DNA from: Phoronis australis
Lineage: Eukaryota; Animalia; Phoronida
Reading direction: 5' to 3'
Assembly: GCA_002633005.1 (NCBI GenBank)
Contig: NMRA01000558.1
Span: 187,846-251,682 of the forward strand
Length of the DNA stretch: 63,837 bases
Every line of letters starts with the position of its first letter. Position 1 is the stretch's first letter. Under the pieces are notes generated by a model. That model did no database searches. It worked only from the letters and a program-made list of their open reading frames with translations, and was not told where the DNA came from. Shown in pieces: positions 59,662-63,837 of the stretch. Position numbers and translations under genes: made by a program.

Positions 59662-62600
59662 ATGAACATTAGCCTTAACATGGTTGTGTTAACGTTGGCA
59701 AACGTTTTGTCAACTCAAACAGCTTTTTTTACGGAGTATGGTCTTCAAAAAAATAGTTTGACTGGATGTACTGGCCCACCATCTCACGTGGTGCGGTTGA
59801 ACAGTGAGTGTTCTCAGCTGTGTACCATCAACATCCCTTGTGTCGCCTACATTTATAATATCACGAGCAAACATTGTCAGCAATGTTATGGCCATGTTGT
59901 TGACGAATATGCAACCTTAGTGGATGGACACATCTTACATGGCTTGAAGGTAAGGAAATTTTCAATGTAATACGGACACAGCTAGAGACTACCTTAGTTA
60001 GCTCCTGCGCTCAAATTGCTGTCCTATGGAACTCCATTGGTAAGCTGTTATCTCTAACAGTTTCCTGAAGCACAGATTGTTTTGTTTGAGTGCTAACAGA
60101 TGTCGTGTTAAATTAATTTTGTAACATTAGCTAATTCTGTAAAGTGGATTGTTTCATTTCTGAACAATGTGGAATAGTTACCTTTAAAAAGGGAACTTTT
60201 GATGTATTTGAAATAACCAACAAATCTCGATTCTACATTTTCGTAGCTTCTATGTGTTGTCAGAAGGAACGGAGAGAGAGAGAGAGAGGTCTTATATAAA
60301 ATTTTTAGGCTATAGTTACACAAAAACAAACATTGTCGAGAGAGATTCGCAGGCAAACGCCGCTTCGCTGGAGGCCATCTGAGAAAAGTGTAAACTTTGA
60401 GTTTAGGATGTAAAGGTTACAGATTAAAATTTTGTCACACACAGGTTATTGGTTCCCATTGGGAAAGTTCGTGCTTGTAGTTGTTTTTAACAACGCAAGG
60501 ACTACACATCAATGAAAAACAGCAACAAGTTGTGCTGTTAATAGTTTCAAACTGATGGATGTCGGGTTTGACAACGAAACTGTAAAGCTACAAACGCACC
60601 GACTCATGAACAATAACTTTGACGTGTCTGCCCTAACTAAAATTTTGTAAAAGTTTTGGTACTTGAAATCAAGTAGCGTAACCTAGGCTGATTACTGTTA
60701 CACTTTTGTCGTATTGCAGGTTTTCAAGGACTGTGTAGATCCAGGTAAGTCCAAATTCACCAGCCCAATCTAGAACGAAGCTCATTGTTTAAGGCTTCTT
60801 GCCACGGGAAGACGAGATCAAGGTTTTGAGCAATCTGTTTTGTGGAAAAGTTAGTTCACCCCGTAGCTCTCTTCAGTGGGTCGCTATTTCGCCTGACATG
60901 TAGTTAAACTTAAATTGAGCGCTGCGTCGGAGGGTAAAAAATGTTAAATCTCAATTGAAGATAAAATAAGAGTGAAGTGGTTTGTTGAACCAAAATTAAC
61001 ACCATTCCGAGAAGTGCATAACCATGGGAAACAAAAAGTGTGAAAATACCGTGAAATAACCCTATACAGATCAAGATGTGGTCTATTCCTAAACAACGAG
61101 AAATTTAGACATAATTTTAATAATATTTCGCCTCTGTGTTCCTGTGGAGATACCCAGACATATCCTCATGTTTTCTTTGCTTGTGAGGTGTGCAAGGAGG
61201 AGAAGGTACAGCTCTTCCAGGCACTCGAACAATACCCAAATGTTTATAAAAAATATTCTGAAATTCCGCAATTGTACAACAAAATTAATTTCTTTCTATG
61301 TGGATGTCAAGAACTTAACTCAAACGAAAATAAGGTTTTATTTGAATTAGTATCAGAATTTCTTTATAACATTAAATCTCTTTGCGTGAGTGGATAGAAT
61401 TTTATATATCTGTATGAAAATGAATTATTTTCATTCGTTGTCATATATCATTGTATTCTTAACATCATTTTTTTTATTTATGTTTTCGTATATAATCATT
61501 GTATATAGACTTCTTTGTATTTTTTACCTAGATCTAATGCCTCTTGGCGCTTTCTGGGTTATGTATATTCATTGTCTTCTGAAGATTTCGTAATAAACAT
61601 TAAAAAAGTGGGTCGCTATTTCGCCTGACATGTAGTTAAACTTAAATTGAGCGCTGCGTCGGAGGGTAAAAAATGTTAAATCTCAATTGAAGATAAAATA
61701 AGAGTGAAGTGGTTTGTTGAACCAAAATTAACACCATTCCGACAAGTGCATAACCATAGAAAACAAAAAGTGTGAAAAAAGCGGGGTACTGCGTCTGAGT
61801 GTGCGTCTACCCCCCACTACACCAATATTCAAAAATACCCGAAGTGTTCCGGATGCAGTGAATAGTACACGGTTTCGCCCATTAGTTTAAATATTTGCAT
61901 CGTTAGAGTTAATGAAACAAGTTAAGTGAATTAGTGGACGGGAGAGCAAGACTTTTTAAAACCTATACTTTTGGAATAGTTATACACTCAGATTCTCAAC
62001 GGTTAGCACGTCAGATTTGTCCATATCGTGTGACCTAGTGAATATAAGTGATAAGAATTCTGCCCCAACCGGAACTCGAACCCGAGACTTTCTATTCCGG
62101 TCGGGGCAAAATTCCTTTCAGACTTTTATCCATTAGGTCACGTGATGTGGCGGAAGGTGGAGTGCTGGTCAGATTTAGAAATGTTTGCGATTTACATTTC
62201 CACGTCGTTTTATAAGATTTATATACATCACATTGTAAAAAAGATACAAACCACTCCCAGTCACACACTCGTTTTTGTTTCGACAACTCCCAATTTTGGA
62301 GCACATTTTACTATGATGTGCTTGACGATGTCAGTAGGTCTCCCGTTAACTAAATTTGCTTGGTAATTTTCAAAGCTAGTCACGAATTCACGATGTCCAT
62401 CCCAGTCAGTATTCATACTGATAGTTAGCCTTCTATACATGAACTAAAGTTACTGCAACTAAAGCCTTGTTTACTCTACCTAAATCTACACGCTGAGTGC
62501 GCATGCGTTACTCGAAACTGAATTCGTGTATTTATTTTAGCTGTGGACTACACTGGTTTCCTTCTTATACGACCCGATCAAAATCTAAAGGAGTTTTTAG

Positions 62601-63148
62601 TCTATTGTGAGGACGGGTGGATAGTCATTCAACGAAGACTCGACGGAAGTTTGGATTTTAATCGCACGTGGGCCGCCTACAAAGAAGGTTTTGGTTTATC
62701 AAATGGAGAGATGTGGCTCGGCAATGACAACATTCACCACATCACTCGACAAGGTCAGTATAAATTACAATACTCGATGACCGACTGGAATGGTGGGAAA
62801 CTAACACATGAACATGGTATGTTCTTTCTAGCCAGTGAGGTGGATAACTACAGACTTGACGTTTCTGCAGTGATAGATTTAGAGTCTGGTTCGGACTACT
62901 GGCTTGGTGACGTCAATGGCTCTCCGTTTTCAACACTCGACAAAGACAACGACCTTTTTGCCGGACATTGTGCAAGTTTGAAAAGCGGAGGATGGTGGTA
63001 CAACGCTTGTTCGTATCTGGGACTTAACGGCATCTATCCACAGAACGGAAACTGTCCTGCAACTGATGTACGCAGGTGCATGAAATATGCTTCCGTAACG
63101 GGGACAACTCTTCTTAAACACTCGGTAATGAAAATAAGAAGAGCTTGA
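59662..63148 (+). CDS. Secreted PAN/apple + fibrinogen C-terminal domain (FReD) protein, 3 exons, 306 aa
   Basis: Exons 59662-59949, 60720-60744 (25-nt micro-exon VFKDCVDP) and 62541-63148; GT-AG and phase-consistent (921 nt). Hydrophobic N-terminus; PAN-like ECSQLC..PCVAYIY..HCQQC; FReD motifs VYC..GWIVIQRR.DGS.DF.RTW..YK.GFG, WLGNDNIH, FST.DKDND, GGWWYNAC, MKIR. Confidence 0.85.
60875..61778 (+). repeat. 172-bp direct repeats (60875-61046 and 61607-61778) flanking the LINE fragment
   Basis: Offset 732; three substitutions seen by eye. Confidence 0.9.
61047..61606 (+). mobile_element. 5'-truncated CR1/L2-group LINE 3' end with short poly(A)
   Basis: Open frame 61047-61397 RSRCGLFLNNEKFRHNFNNISPLCSCGDTQTYPHVFFAC...ENKVLFELVSEFL matches the C-terminal Cys/His motif of CR1-like ORF2. 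AT-rich UTR, AATAAA and an A-run end at 61607. Confidence 0.8.
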
Positions 63149-63837
63149 CGAGATGGCCTTCTTTACGGTGCAGCAACGACATCGATGGAAAACAACCACT
63201 TTTCCTCTCCTCCCCTGTAAATGGGTGTAGTAAAGGAAAAGTTTGTCAATCGTTTGTTTAGCTAGGGACTAAGCTAATTCTGCTTCACTAGGTATACTGC
63301 TAGGGTTTTTGTGAACTTTGAACCTTGTTATGTGTGTGCAAAAATTCGTCCACCTGGATTATCATAAAGAAGTCAACATGTTGTTTTGGTGGATTTTGGA
63401 GACCATTGTAGATAATTTAAATATCCCAAAGGTAAAGGCTTAAAGATATCCTTATGAACAAGACCGCTTTTCTTATGACTTGACAGGGAATAGCGCAAAC
63501 TTTGGGGGACACCTTTGGATCTAGTCAGATCGTGAGCGTAATCTGGCTGTGCTAGAGTATTTGGCCTACCCTGTACAAAGGATGAAATATTGTAGTTCTT
63601 AACTGGATCGAGACAACGAATATCGTCCGGTTACCTATTTTCGTCAGGCTCCAAAGTTCGTCCGCCATCTTGTTTCGCGTGCAGCGCAACCACGCGGGAC
63701 TTAGCGTTCCAATTTGGAGTTCTCGTCTTCACGTTAGGTACTAACCTCTCGGGAGAAACACGTATCAAAGTAATGAGACAAAAATCGGTGAGTTTACCGA
63801 TTGTTTTTTAAAACCACTTAAAAATCAGTAGATTTTA

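Noticed and set aside
54615-62150. Functional tRNA genes (also 47040-47100, 6130-6195 and 22876-22905)
   Set aside because: Only A/B-box-like fragments; acceptor and anticodon stems cannot be formed.

Overview
AT-rich, intron-containing animal genomic DNA, not a prokaryote. The tektin-3/5 and Dickkopf content suggests a bilaterian, probably an aquatic invertebrate; the species cannot be determined from sequence alone. I reconstructed five spliced genes by hand from GT-AG junctions and phase continuity. Three are tektin-3/5 paralogues (13238-15968 minus, 26442-29311 minus, 33657-37055 plus). The others are a four-exon Dickkopf-3-like secreted protein (45804-51419 minus) and a secreted PAN/apple + fibrinogen-domain protein (59662-63148 plus), which has a pseudogenised duplicate of its last exon. 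An apparent fourth partial tektin at 23623-24727 ends at a single N and is probably an allelic duplication produced by the assembly. The rest is nested mobile DNA: L1/Tx1, CR1-like, DIRS, Academ, hAT elements with 5-bp target-site duplications (TSDs), and a Helentron-type element carrying CTCF-like motifs. The most unusual observations are: a TSD-bounded 2.17-kb retroelement with only a gag-like ORF1 and a hairpin-repeat array; a LINE tail between 172-bp direct repeats; a possible circularly permuted hammerhead unit; and mosaic exon identity plus an altered signature motif in the tektin cluster. All family assignments come from recalled motifs, not database searches.
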